Of a stretch of DNA of 64,000 bases, positions 53,129-64,000 are shown piece after piece. Below the pieces are notes generated by a model that saw only the letters and a program-made list of their open reading frames with translations, did no database searches and was not told the origin of the DNA. This DNA comes from Catajapyx aquilonaris (Eukaryota), in contig KZ538241.1 in NCBI GenBank assembly GCA_000934665.2, forward strand, positions 1 through 64,000. Direction: 5' to 3'. The position numbers were made by a program, and so were the translations under genes. How positions within the stretch are numbered: position 1 is the first letter of the stretch; the number at the start of each line of letters is the position of its first letter.

Positions 53129-54487
53129 TAGGTATATAAACACCTGAAACAATACCAAAAATTGCAATGTCAAAAGTGACGTAAAGATTTGCGTATTGGA
53201 AACAGTTAAATGCATATTCAAGCATTAATATGTAAATGATCCAGCGTTTTGAGCCAATAGTAAATCCGCAATAAAACTGCCTTTTAAAGACCTCCTTTTA
53301 AAACAAAAAACAGTTCGACCTCGCTTTCTCGTGCAATAAATACCTCTCACTCTCATCAAAATCCTGGCCGGTCCCCCATTACTTTAGTAATCCATGTCAC
53401 GTCCCCAACAAGCATTTTTCCTCAGTTTCCTGTATGCGAATCACAGTGAATGTCAAGAACCCCACAGACAACCACGCCATGTGCACCCGCCCTCAAACAA
53501 GAACAGAATAATCGTTCCGTTGTTAACTCATAAGCCCGACCTGATTTGGATACAGGACACACAGACACCGATCTGCCAAATGATGAGGAATCTATCCAAA
53601 TTGGTAGCTTCTCGATCTGATCTCAAGAAGCTTCATGTCCTGTGGGTTCCTTTCCCATGATTAGCGGTAATACCTTGGGACACTTCCTGCACCGTACTCA
53701 CATACACCCTAGATATGTGTCAGTGGGCAAGGAAAATGTTTACAAGAGGCGTCTCCTTGTCCCGTGAAGGTACCCTTTTTTCAAGTTCCCACTTCCCAGA
53801 TCTCACCATCGTTGCCTGAAGGTATCAATAAACCAGCTCTTCCCATGACGTAACTACTTAGACCGCTTTGGCTCATCCAAACGGAAATGGGACAAAAAAT
53901 TCTGGCCTGCAAAACTGACTGGGTAAATTCGGGTCAGTTTTATTAACAGTTGGAGGCGTTGCCGTGAAAATTCGTCGATGAGTGGTGAAGAATACGTGCG
54001 GAGAAAAAGGAGGACGTTGATCGTTTTAAGCATTAAATTGTTGGATGCCATGGAGCAAAGTGTGAAATTTCTGCAGGTTACGCTGACTAGTAAATGACAC
54101 AAATTACGTGGGAACATGTGTACACATCCGCGTAATAAAATTCGGGCACCGGTTACACGAATCACGTGCGTTACATTCAAGAGAGATTGTGCCACAAGAG
54201 ATAAATCACGTCAGACAAATGATTTGTGGATGATAACGGAGTAATGGCATGTCTGTAACCAAACTGTAACCTAGGCCAAATATTGGTCACGCCACATAGC
54301 ATCAGTGTTAATAGCAAGCCGGCGCTTAAGGTAAATTGCCATGACGATAGAGCACACGCAATAGTCTGGGGTGTTTGGGAGCCCCAGTGGGTTTCTCGAC
54401 CATGACAGATAGTAGTTTTTTTTCGTGCCAGTAGTGCTATCGAAAGCGTACGGTACAGAGAGCGATATTCATCATATGGTGCATATA

Positions 54488-54703
54488 CAGGGTGTTTCAA
54501 CTTTTTTGTCCGAACAGTTATCGGAAATATTGCGTTGAGCTGCTACATTGTAAGCAGTGTATGCCACTTCAACTACCTAAGATTCGTAGGAAATATTCCC
54601 CATTCCTCTGACAAACTGGTTGCAAGTCACTGCTTACAAAGTAGCAGCTTATAGTGCAATATTTCCGATAACTGTTCGGACAAAAAAAAGTTGAAACACC
54701 ATG
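54488..54703. mobile_element. Tc1/mariner-type MITE, TA TSD
   Basis: TA|CAGGGTGTTTCAACTTTTTTGTCCGAACAGTTATCGGAAATATTGC ... GCAATATTTCCGATAACTGTTCGGACAAAAAAAAGTTGAAACACCATG|TA. Confidence 0.85.
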
Positions 54704-55100
54704 TATATTTGCCTCACACATTCTTGGCCGTTCACTTAACAGTAGTGGCCAACATGGCCTTCTCGATATAAGGAACAAATCCAAATAACGTAACTATCCA
54801 AGCTTATAACCGCGAGCAACTGTGCCAAATTGAATCTCACCGCTGAAAAGGAAGATTGGGTTTGGACATGCTGATCAAAATGCAAAAGACGAGGAAGAGA
54901 TGCTAACGCAGCATCCCGTTATTTCGAAGAGAAGGCCAAACCGTTCGGTGGCTTCCTCAGCATCTGCCGTGGGTTATGAGCTTAACCTATTTTAGGGACA
55001 AAGAGGAACGACGCAATGGAAACCAAAGAATAGACAAAATAGAGGGCAAACTGGTTGACAACCTGGCTTACAATTTCCTCCACTTTTCAGCCAGTCCAAA

Positions 55101-58100
55101 ATGAGGAGGTTAAGAGTCAACTTCTTCTGGATTCTCCTTCTCAGCGGAGCCGGTGTGACCACGGTGGCCCTCAAAACACACCATGGACATGACCAAGGTG
55201 AGAGCAAAAACCCAATTTGCTACTACTCTAATCATTTGAACTCAAAAGTGACGGAAGAAGTTGGAATTATTCCTGCCGATTACCCTCTTCCGCTTGAATT
55301 ATATCGTTTAAAAAAATGTTGTTTGCAACGGTATCTTTTGGCAAAATGACCGTTTTTATTTTTCTTTAACAAGATTGCAACTTTTATTACTGATTAGATG
55401 CCGTTACCGATTTTTAAGATCTTCACTGAAATCACGTAATAACATCGTTAAGGATCGCCTCAATTTCACCACACAGCCTTCTCATTATATCAGGCATGTA
55501 CAGAAATTGTGGAAGAAATGCGGTGCTGAGGCTATGACTACAAGAAGTTAAAACTGTCCATGTACAGATTGTAATGACATTACTGCAAAGTGGGAATATT
55601 GGGGAAGAAGTACTGTGCTCTTAATTGCAGCATTTATGACCTCGTTTGTCTCCCAAGGTAATATTCAGACCCGTTCCACATGGTCCATCCAGCAGTGTTG
55701 AATACAATATCGCTCCTTCACTTGGCATATTCAGTGAAATAAATGCCAATATTTATCGTGATAATTTCTTCCAAATAATAAGTTCTAAAAAATATTGGCT
55801 GAAGCAATCTGATACGTTACACCATTATTTTATGATTGTCGAAATATCGCATCACTGTCTAAATCGGAAATGAAAGCTAATATTGATATTGCAGGTTCCA
55901 AGTTCTGCGTCCAATGATGCTACCTGGAAGGTGGAATGGGAGGGGGGAGAGTAAGTCATACACTACAGTATAATGAGGAACCATTTGCATTCTTTGCATA
56001 TGCAGTGGGTATATACCAGGTTGAAACTTTGCCAAAGAGATCCTTTAAAATGGAAGAGAAAGTTTTGCGTTACTGCTCCAACAATCTAAACTGCCTTCAT
56101 TTGTTTGCATGCCAGGGGAGACAGTGGCAAATGATGATCTGAAATGCAGAGCGATCCAAGCCACAATGAAATAATTGCGAGTTGTGACACTTTGAAGCAT
56201 TAAGCTTTATTCCTTTGTGTAGGATTCTTGTTATTTAAAAATCCTTGACTATAAGGAATGGTTCATTCTTGGCATATGTTACTGGACAAGTGTACCCTCA
56301 CGAACTACATTAAAACATGAATAAATAATCAACTTAGAGCAAGACTTCACTCTAATGGAACTCATAGATATTAAAGCCTTTGATGTCTATGATAGAACTG
56401 CAGTTCAGGTCTTATTCAAATAAGAGGCGGATTCCAAACTATCCAAAGTCCATTTTTGTTCTTTTGATATATTTGGGTTGGCACGAATGTGCATGGACTT
56501 CAGAAAATTCTCAGATTTCTGCGCTTGGAGTTAGGGACATTTGGTGTGTTCTGACCTCAGGAATGGGGAGTACCATAAGCTACCAATAGGTGATATCTGC
56601 TCATTTTTTAATGAAAATCGACTTAGGGGACTTTGGAATCCCACTCTTATTGTGGTCATGATGGTTGATTTTTATTTAAAAAATTTAAAAATAGGTGTCG
56701 AGCTGGCAAACACTAACATGTTTTGTCTTACAGAATAATAGCACGACACTCTACGTTCATGTACATTAGAAAATATCACTCTCCTGTAACGGTAAATTAA
56801 TATAAAATATTTGAAAGTAATACGCATATCTCTTCAGTTCTAGGTAGAGTGACAGTGGAAAAATTACAGTACATACGTACATACAGTACTCGTAAAGTTA
56901 TTTTAATTGCCATATTGCTACAAGCCATAACTAAACGTACAAACGGCACAGTATCAGGGTACAATTTTCATTGGTGGCGCCACATGCATGTCAATGTGGT
57001 ATAGGCTCATATAAAATGGTATAAACCCCATTGTGCTATTTCGTAATTTTAGCATTCAGACCAAATTAAGCCACATTTGTTACCCAATATTTCCATATTT
57101 AAGCTCCAATAAGCTTCGAAGTCCTACATTTACATACATTTAGTAACAAAATATTCCATATCATGCATATAGTAGATGACAGCTTTTATAACAAGTGTCC
57201 TCTCTTAGGTGCCGCACGAGCAGCAGCAGAGAGCTCCGAAGACCTGCTAAGGGGCATGGAAAAAGTAATCACACCTGCATCAACATTACCATCCACACCA
57301 TCATCCACGTCGGCGTTCAACACGGCGACCAAACCACGAACCTCATCATCGTCGGCATCGACGCAGAAGAACACGACAAACTACCTCCTGTTGACAAGAA
57401 CCACTCCATATGCCAGGTATGACACCATCTCCAAAGTACTTCCGCTTCGGCATGCCAGTGGAGCAAAAGCACAAAACAAAAAAACACCCTTCCATAGAAA
57501 GGATAGAAAACCTCGCGAATCCACCCGTTGGAGGCCCGTTCTACTTAATCGGAGTCACCATTATTTGGAGCAAGCCGCTGATCCGGAAAGCCCCGCTGAT
57601 GATGATTCTCTTCCGGACAGCCAGCAAGTCGAGGAAGACGAGACGGAAGAAGAGGATGAGTCGGAAAAGGCAGAGGAAATACCCCAAGGAGACGATCACG
57701 CAGACAGAAGCAGGACAGAGGCTATCGTTCGTCACGTCCTGAGGGACATGTTTCAGCAACTCAACGAGACACAGTCTGACCTCAATATATTTGTGACTCC
57801 CACTAAGAACGACACAGAGACAGATGACAGCCCAAAATTTATGGTGATGCCGACTGCTCAGGTAAAACACATGTTGCCAAAAGACGCTGACCTGGAGGCA
57901 GCTGTTCAGAGAGTGGCTGCATCCCTGCGATTACCGACACCAACCTCTGGGTCGTACGTCTTGAAAGGAAACGTGCAAGTGGGCAAACATGCTTCGTCAG
58001 TAGCCAAAGTACCCGGAAGCGAACCGTTTGACACTGCAATACCACTGGTGGTGAAGACGCCCGATGCTCCTTCTAATCAGGACGAATACATCCGTGACTT

Positions 58101-59580
58101 CGTCGAAGGCGTGTTCACTGGTCCCCAATTCAACTCTTCCCGGAAGCCCAGTGTGGTCAACATCTTTGTGCTGAATTTAGGAGAGAAAAACGACACCGTT
58201 GTTAGCACCGGTGACTCACAAACGGTGCCGTTTCACAACAACCCTAAACAAGGAGAGCCTGCTAGTAACCCTATTACTCAAAAAGTAAATATTCTGGAAC
58301 TACTGCCCGGTAATCTCAACTTGGGCGGTCCCAAGTTGACCCAGAAGTTAAGCCTGACCTCCAAGGAGCCTGAATGGTCAAACACTTCCACACTTCAGCT
58401 GACATCTGGAACTGCACCAGCATCGGTAGAGACTGGAAATAAGCCATCGACATCGACGCCCGAACAATATCCTCTAAGTGGTGGGGGTGGGGTGGGTTAT
58501 GCCACAGGCATTGGTGGGATAAAGCAGAAGAAAAAGAGGAAGAAAACGGGGCAGATCATTACACCCGCGGTCAATCAGAACAAGCTGAGAAACATGGTCA
58601 CTGCATTGGGTATTACAGCACTGCCTACGTTGGCGGCTGGGGCTGCAGCCACGTGGCGGTACTGGGTACCCATGCTGACCGGTCGTCGTGCACGTCGTTC
58701 AGCGTCATTTTCTGAAGAGCTGCCGCCCGTTCGTAAAACAATTTTAATATCTCCTATGGAAATGCCCATTCCAATACACTGGATACCTCGACTGGGGGAC
58801 TCAGCAGAGAGAGAATATCTTTTCCATAGAGATGGCGATACCGGAATTGAGAACAAGTATAAAAAGCTCAAGACACTTTCAGCACGTCCGCAAGATCTGG
58901 AGCTGGTGGCCAACTTTTTAGAAAAAAATGTGCAGTGGAAAGAAAAGAGCTCGGACTCTCATGATGACCCTGCAAAACCCAAGCAACTGTCTAACTCTTC
59001 GGACACAACAATACAACGCACGCCTCTGTATGAGAGAATTTCATGGCTGCCTCCTAAGAAGATACAACAGGAGCAGTTGTCCACTATTGAAAACGACCTT
59101 CAGAATCATGAAGAGACAACAATAGACAGTCCTACTATCTCACCTCGTGATGGAAGCTCCCACTTAATTATATCCCTCAAAAAGGAAGAAACCGAATCTA
59201 ATGCACCTGTTCCCGTTACACTTCCACCTATTGTAGTTCACGCCAGCATGAGGACTACACCTGTAAGAGGAGCTATTAATGTATTGTCATCGTTTGGCAG
59301 TACGTACAAAACCCCATCGGCCACAAATACAATTGATGTTGCTCGAACTGAAGATAATTTCGGATCGTACACGTCCGTCTCGTCTAATTCGGTGCACTAT
59401 GCTACAGAAGAATTTGATTCATTTGAGCAATCATCTCCTAATTTTAAAGCAGTTGCGTTAATATTCCCTCCTCGGATACACAAGGTCAACTGGTACACGC
59501 CTGCAACCGTGACCGAAAAAACAACAGGACAAGTTAAAGAGAGGGGCTTCCTTCCGGTTAAAACTTTATCTCCTCCATAG
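55101..59580 (+). CDS. Large secreted/membrane Ser/Thr-rich protein, isoform A (822 aa)
   Basis: Signal-peptide exon 55101-55197 (MRRLRVNFFWILLLSGAGVTTVA...DQG, phase 1) splices in frame to 57209-59580 (acceptor TCTCTTAG). Acidic patch, KQKKKRKK, hydrophobic ALGITALPTLAAGAAATWRYWVPMLTGRRARR. Confidence 0.8.
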
Positions 59581-59830
59581 GCAACGGTAAGAGGCAAGTT
59601 GCAGTAGGTAAACATGGGCAAGACTAATTAGTAATTTAAGGTTTTCCTATTATTTAATTTTCTGTGTCAGAATCCTATTATGCGCGTTTTAAATTTAAAC
59701 AGGGTTTTAAAAAGTCAAATATTATACCAAAAAAGTTGCAGGTGCTAGTCAAGTGTGTATGGTAGAACTCACCCATTAAATTATACTCATGTAATTCTGA
59801 AGTCTATTATTTTTTACCCTATAATTGCAG

Positions 59831-62699
59831 AACTTCACCATCACTATTTCTTTCCAGAATTGAAAGCGACACTGATCCGACTGAATACGACATGACCGGC
59901 CGACCCACGACTATAGTAGATCATACGGACACGACGGACACAGGACAGAGAAGTCACACGACCTCCAGGGCGACTTCCCTCTTCGGAATGGCCAACCCCC
60001 TTATGGACTTTGCCCTTCACTTTGATGACCCTGACCACAACTATATCCGACCAGACAAACAAACGACTTCTATGGTAGACTCTGCAGGCCAGCCTTTGCA
60101 AAGTTCCTTCAATTTGCTAGCAGGTCAGCTCCTACGACCAGGGTCTTCCATGGAAGAGTCATCCACTCCACGCTCTCACCAGTCGCCAGTAACCATTACA
60201 CTGTGTCCTCCGGGACATACATCCTGCAATCCTACCATGCCCGTCCACTGGACCGTAATGTCCGTTCCAACGACGAAACCATCTACCAAGCTGACTACGT
60301 GGAGCAGCGTGGAAGAAAACGGCGAAATGGTTCCCAATCGAGGGAGGCCTATTTCTTTGCAGACACAGCAGAGTGTACAGACGACTGTGGGCCCAACCAT
60401 CTCCACGACTTCGGAGATGCCTCGCCTGCCTGACTTCAGCACCATACAAATGGTGTCAGCTTCAACTGCGACCACAGCCTCAACACCACTTCTACAACCG
60501 CTAGCCCACTATTCAACCACACTAAAGAAGAATACCATGGCATCAACAACACCAGTGAAGGCAACGGAGAAGCACACCAGCGCAACAATGTCCACAATGA
60601 AGCCAACAACGCAGACTAAAAGGTCACCAATACCGCCGACGGTGCTAAAACGAACAACTTTAGGACCGACTACTATCACCCGACGACCGCCAACTATTAT
60701 TGTGAAAAGAACTACCCTGGTACCCACTACCATACTGAAGGAACCGTTCAGTCTGACGACACTTCGTAGAAAGACAACTCCTTTCCCAACGACGCACTTC
60801 AAAGAAACAACTGCATCGCCAGAGTCACTAATCATTAGGCGAACAACAAAGGCACCAACAACGCATTTCAAAGAAACGACTGCATCGCCAGAATCACTGA
60901 TCATTAGGCGAACAACAAAGGCGCCAACAACGCAAGCTCTCATTCGACACACGTCCCCATTCAGGGTCAAACCATCCCATTTGTCAAGCTTGACCCATTA
61001 CCACATGTCATCCTCTCCATCATTCGACCCTTACTCGGAATATGACGAGATGGCCACACCACCTCCCAAAAGCTACGTCAAAGTAACATCCCTGCCACTG
61101 GACGAGTACAAGCACAAATTTACGTACAAGTTTAATTCCACTCGGACCACTACCCCATCACCTACAAACCACTTCGACGATCAAGAGACTAACTATCTTA
61201 CGTCCTGGGGAGGCCTGACTCAACTCTTTCCTGACGATAACATCAACAAGCTCACAACTGTTCTGCAAGAGTCTCTCAATTTCACTGTCACCAGGTTGCC
61301 GCCAGGTTCCAGTACAGGTTCACCTTTGATCGTTCTGGCAGGAGGCTCCGCAGCACAAGGAGTACCTGCTGGTTCGGGAGGTGTTGTTGCACCAGTTGCC
61401 CCAGGAGGGGTTGCTGCTGCACCAGGAGGTGTTGCTGCTGCACCAGGAGGTGTTGCTGTTGCACCAGGTGGCCTTGCTGCAACAGATGGTGCTGGTGGTT
61501 CAAGCGAGCTGGCTGCTGGAGATAATTCAGCTACCGTTATCAATGGAACCAAGTCACCCGGCAGCAACAACGGACCACTTGCCACCAAAGACGGGAGTCA
61601 AAGTTCCGGCGGAACTGCGCAAATACCAGGAGCAGGAACTCTGTCCGCGTCCAATGGCACTTCTACTAGTAACACTACAAAGGCGACCTCCAGCGAAAAA
61701 GATTCCAGCGAGTCTTCTGAAAGCTCAAGTTCGGAGGAATCCTCCAAGGAATCCTCAGAAGTGACGCAGCTCTCCAGCGCCCAGGTCTCCAGCGCCCAGG
61801 ATACCAGTGACGGACCTACTTCAACAAAGGACTCCTCTCAACAAGCCCATAGCGGCGGATCTTCTGGGCAACACGGCGGTGGCAAGAAGAAGAAGCAGCA
61901 GAGTTCAGGGGGCAAGAAGAAGAAAGGTTCCGGGGGTTCAAAAAAGAAAGGACACAAGAAGAGGGGGAAGAAGAAGAAGGGCGGCGGATATAAGCACCAT
62001 CACAAGAAACCTTCCTTCTTCGGCCTCCACTCCTTCAATCCTCCAATACCTATCGGTCCTCCCCAATTTTCCGAACATATTCCTGCCCACCCACAAGGTT
62101 ATCCTGCTCCTATGAAACCGCCTAATCCTCATGTTGAACCAGAGATCAGTTTCTACCCAATTCAGCTAAACTACGACTTTTTTCGCAGCAAACTGATTCC
62201 AACTCTAGGGTTAGGTCTAGCCGGTCTTGCAGTTGCCACTTCTCCGTTCTGGATGCCTCTGGCAGCAGGGAGAAAGCGGCGGATATCCCCAACAGAAAGC
62301 GAGATACCAGAATATTACCCTGAAGATGATGGACACGCATCGGAGCACCTGGAACATTCAGGTCAATCAGCGCAGCATTCAGGACAGCTTTCCGACGGTG
62401 GAGAAGGAGAAGAGGAGTGGAAAGATCGGTATGATTCGGGCTTGGGCTTACCCTATCGTTACGAACCAGACTATCAATACCAACAACCACGTGCCAAGGG
62501 TTCTCCAAGGCAAATAGAAATGCTACCACCTATTCCAGCGATCCATCTAAATAACGGTAGGTGGATGACCGATCCGTACATCGTGTCAGGTAGGCAAAAA
62601 AGGGCTACCAAGTGGAAAGGCGATCACCCCAGAGGAGAGACCCAGACGTTGGTTGAAGACGACGAAGACAATGATGACCACGATGAAACCCAAGACTGA
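59831..62699 (+). CDS. Mucin-like Thr/Ser-rich coding exon (956 codons); probable C-terminus of isoform B of the 55.1-kb gene
   Basis: Frame is open from the acceptor at 59830 through the 935-aa ORF, with no signal peptide of its own. Thr-rich repeats, APGGVAA repeats, Ser/Glu patch, Lys/Gly/His block, hydrophobic LIPTLGLGLAGLAVATSPFWMPLAAGRKRR. Confidence 0.8.
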
Positions 62700-63724
62700 C
62701 AACTGGAGATGGATAAACATGCCCTGCCACCACACACCTAGTCTTCCAGCGCAGCCTCAAGATGACAGGCCGGCCAGTCCACGTCTGTGTTGTCGGCGGA
62801 TGAAATCACAGCATACGTTAATTCGTTGCAGTAATTAAACAGCTGATATCTGTGGTCGGTCTTGCGAAACCGCATTGATGTACAAATGAGAAGCCTTTTA
62901 GTAAAATAAAATGTACGTGATATTGAAAAAAAATCCAATGCTGTAAATATAAAACGCCATATGAAACCAAACTAAAGTCAATGCGTCAAAAAACTAAACG
63001 CAAAACCATACGTATTTATTGTCTTTTTTTTCTTTCTGAACATGGTGTTTAGCATCCATATACCCGCTGATTTCTCATTTTTGGTCATTGGAACTTGTCT
63101 CCCATGACTTTTTCATCCCCTCCATGACATGTCATGAACCCAAAGCTCTGTACTGTACATACCTACAATAAATGTCTCAACTTTCCATAAAATTTATTAT
63201 CCTTTTTTCGCACGATAAATATTCACATTCGCACTTTTTCATACCACACTAACCACAGCCTCATTGAGCTAAGATTGTAATGCACACCATTTTATTGTCA
63301 TTCACAACCAAGCAATGCGCAAATAATCACCTGAAGCGTCAATGAATTCATGAGCAGTCACAAACCAGTAACCAACTGACCCTCAAAATAGGCCTATACC
63401 CGCATAGGTGAACAGAACTTACAGGACAAATATTCGGCCATGTTTTAGGTAGAGTATGGAAAATGGCTCTTGTATTTCCAGCGGATTCAAAAATGTGCAA
63501 AGGGCATGCATTATAAGGTAAGAAATAATACTACGATTATTTAATACTTCAAATATATTGGTAATTGACACTTCAAGGAACCGGATTGCTAGGTCAAGGC
63601 AATATTACAAATTAACACAGACCACAAATCCAAATAAATATGACGGGTAGGTCATCTCGTTACATGATTTGTTGACTTTGGCACACCCTGTTCGTTTACC
63701 TTCGTGACTTAACATCCACATGCT

Positions 63725-64000
63725 CTAACCATTCGGTTTCATTGACTTGACTCTGGGGCGTGACGTCCTACCGACAATAAACTGCGGGACCGTCACAAGG
63801 TTCGTTGAGTTCAAATAAGTGGCTAAGGAAACTCCGTTTCTAACTGCGTAAACGTCCGAAGGCGCCCAACTGTCACTTATGGGTGCACTGCTTGAATCAA
63901 AGTGAGTGTGGTTATCTGGGGCGGCGCTTGTGACCGTTTGTAAGGCGAGGGGTAACTGAGCCAAGAACGTGTCCATTCTCTCTTGCATGTAAATGTACTG
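63725..64000 (-). CDS. 3' end of a gene entering from the right edge; possible paralog of the 27.3-29.7 kb gene
   Basis: Frame is open to the window edge (QYIYMQERMDTFLAQLP...). MQERMDTFLAQLP resembles MEKRMTTFLSMLP of the 27.3-29.7 kb protein. Confidence 0.55.
   Translation of the reverse strand, partial: QYIYMQERMDTFLAQLPLALQTVTSAAPDNHTHFDSSSAPISDSWAPSDVYAVRNGVSLATYLNSTNLVTVPQFIVGRTSRPRVKSMKPNG

Noticed and set aside
59578..59892. Stop-codon read-through fusing the 805-aa and 935-aa ORFs
   Set aside because: The donor after the TAG is phase 0 while both acceptors need phase 2. The spliced read-through frame hits TGA within a few codons, and the unspliced gap is AT-rich with stops.
60159..62529. 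Multiple antisense and alternate-frame ORFs over the large exons (also over 43.4-45.4 kb and 16.8-17.5 kb)
   Set aside because: Expected shadow ORFs of GC-rich, low-complexity coding sequence.

Overview
This is eukaryotic, intron-containing DNA from a hexapod, probably an insect; it is not prokaryotic. The ORF track misses most real genes because their exons are short. Left third: seven tandem minus-strand genes (3378-21071) that I spliced by hand. All share one 5-exon layout (intron phases 0,0,0,1) and encode 113-123 aa secreted proteins with the odorant-binding-protein (PBP/GOBP) signature, but in an unusually short form with 8 invariant cysteines plus 0-2 extra. A SNAPC1 (SNAP43) gene with a long Arg/Gly-rich N-terminal extension sits inside this array. 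Right two thirds: a cluster of uncharacterised secreted or low-complexity protein genes, two of them with a DM4/DM12-like Cys tail. One locus (55101-62699) appears to make two very different large proteins by choosing between two 5' splice sites that share one acceptor. Introns and intergenic DNA hold many non-autonomous elements: Kolobok-, piggyBac-, Tc1/mariner- and hAT-type MITEs and three tRNA-derived SINE families, some nested. All gene models are manual predictions from splice signals and frame continuity; family names come from recalled motifs, not database searches.
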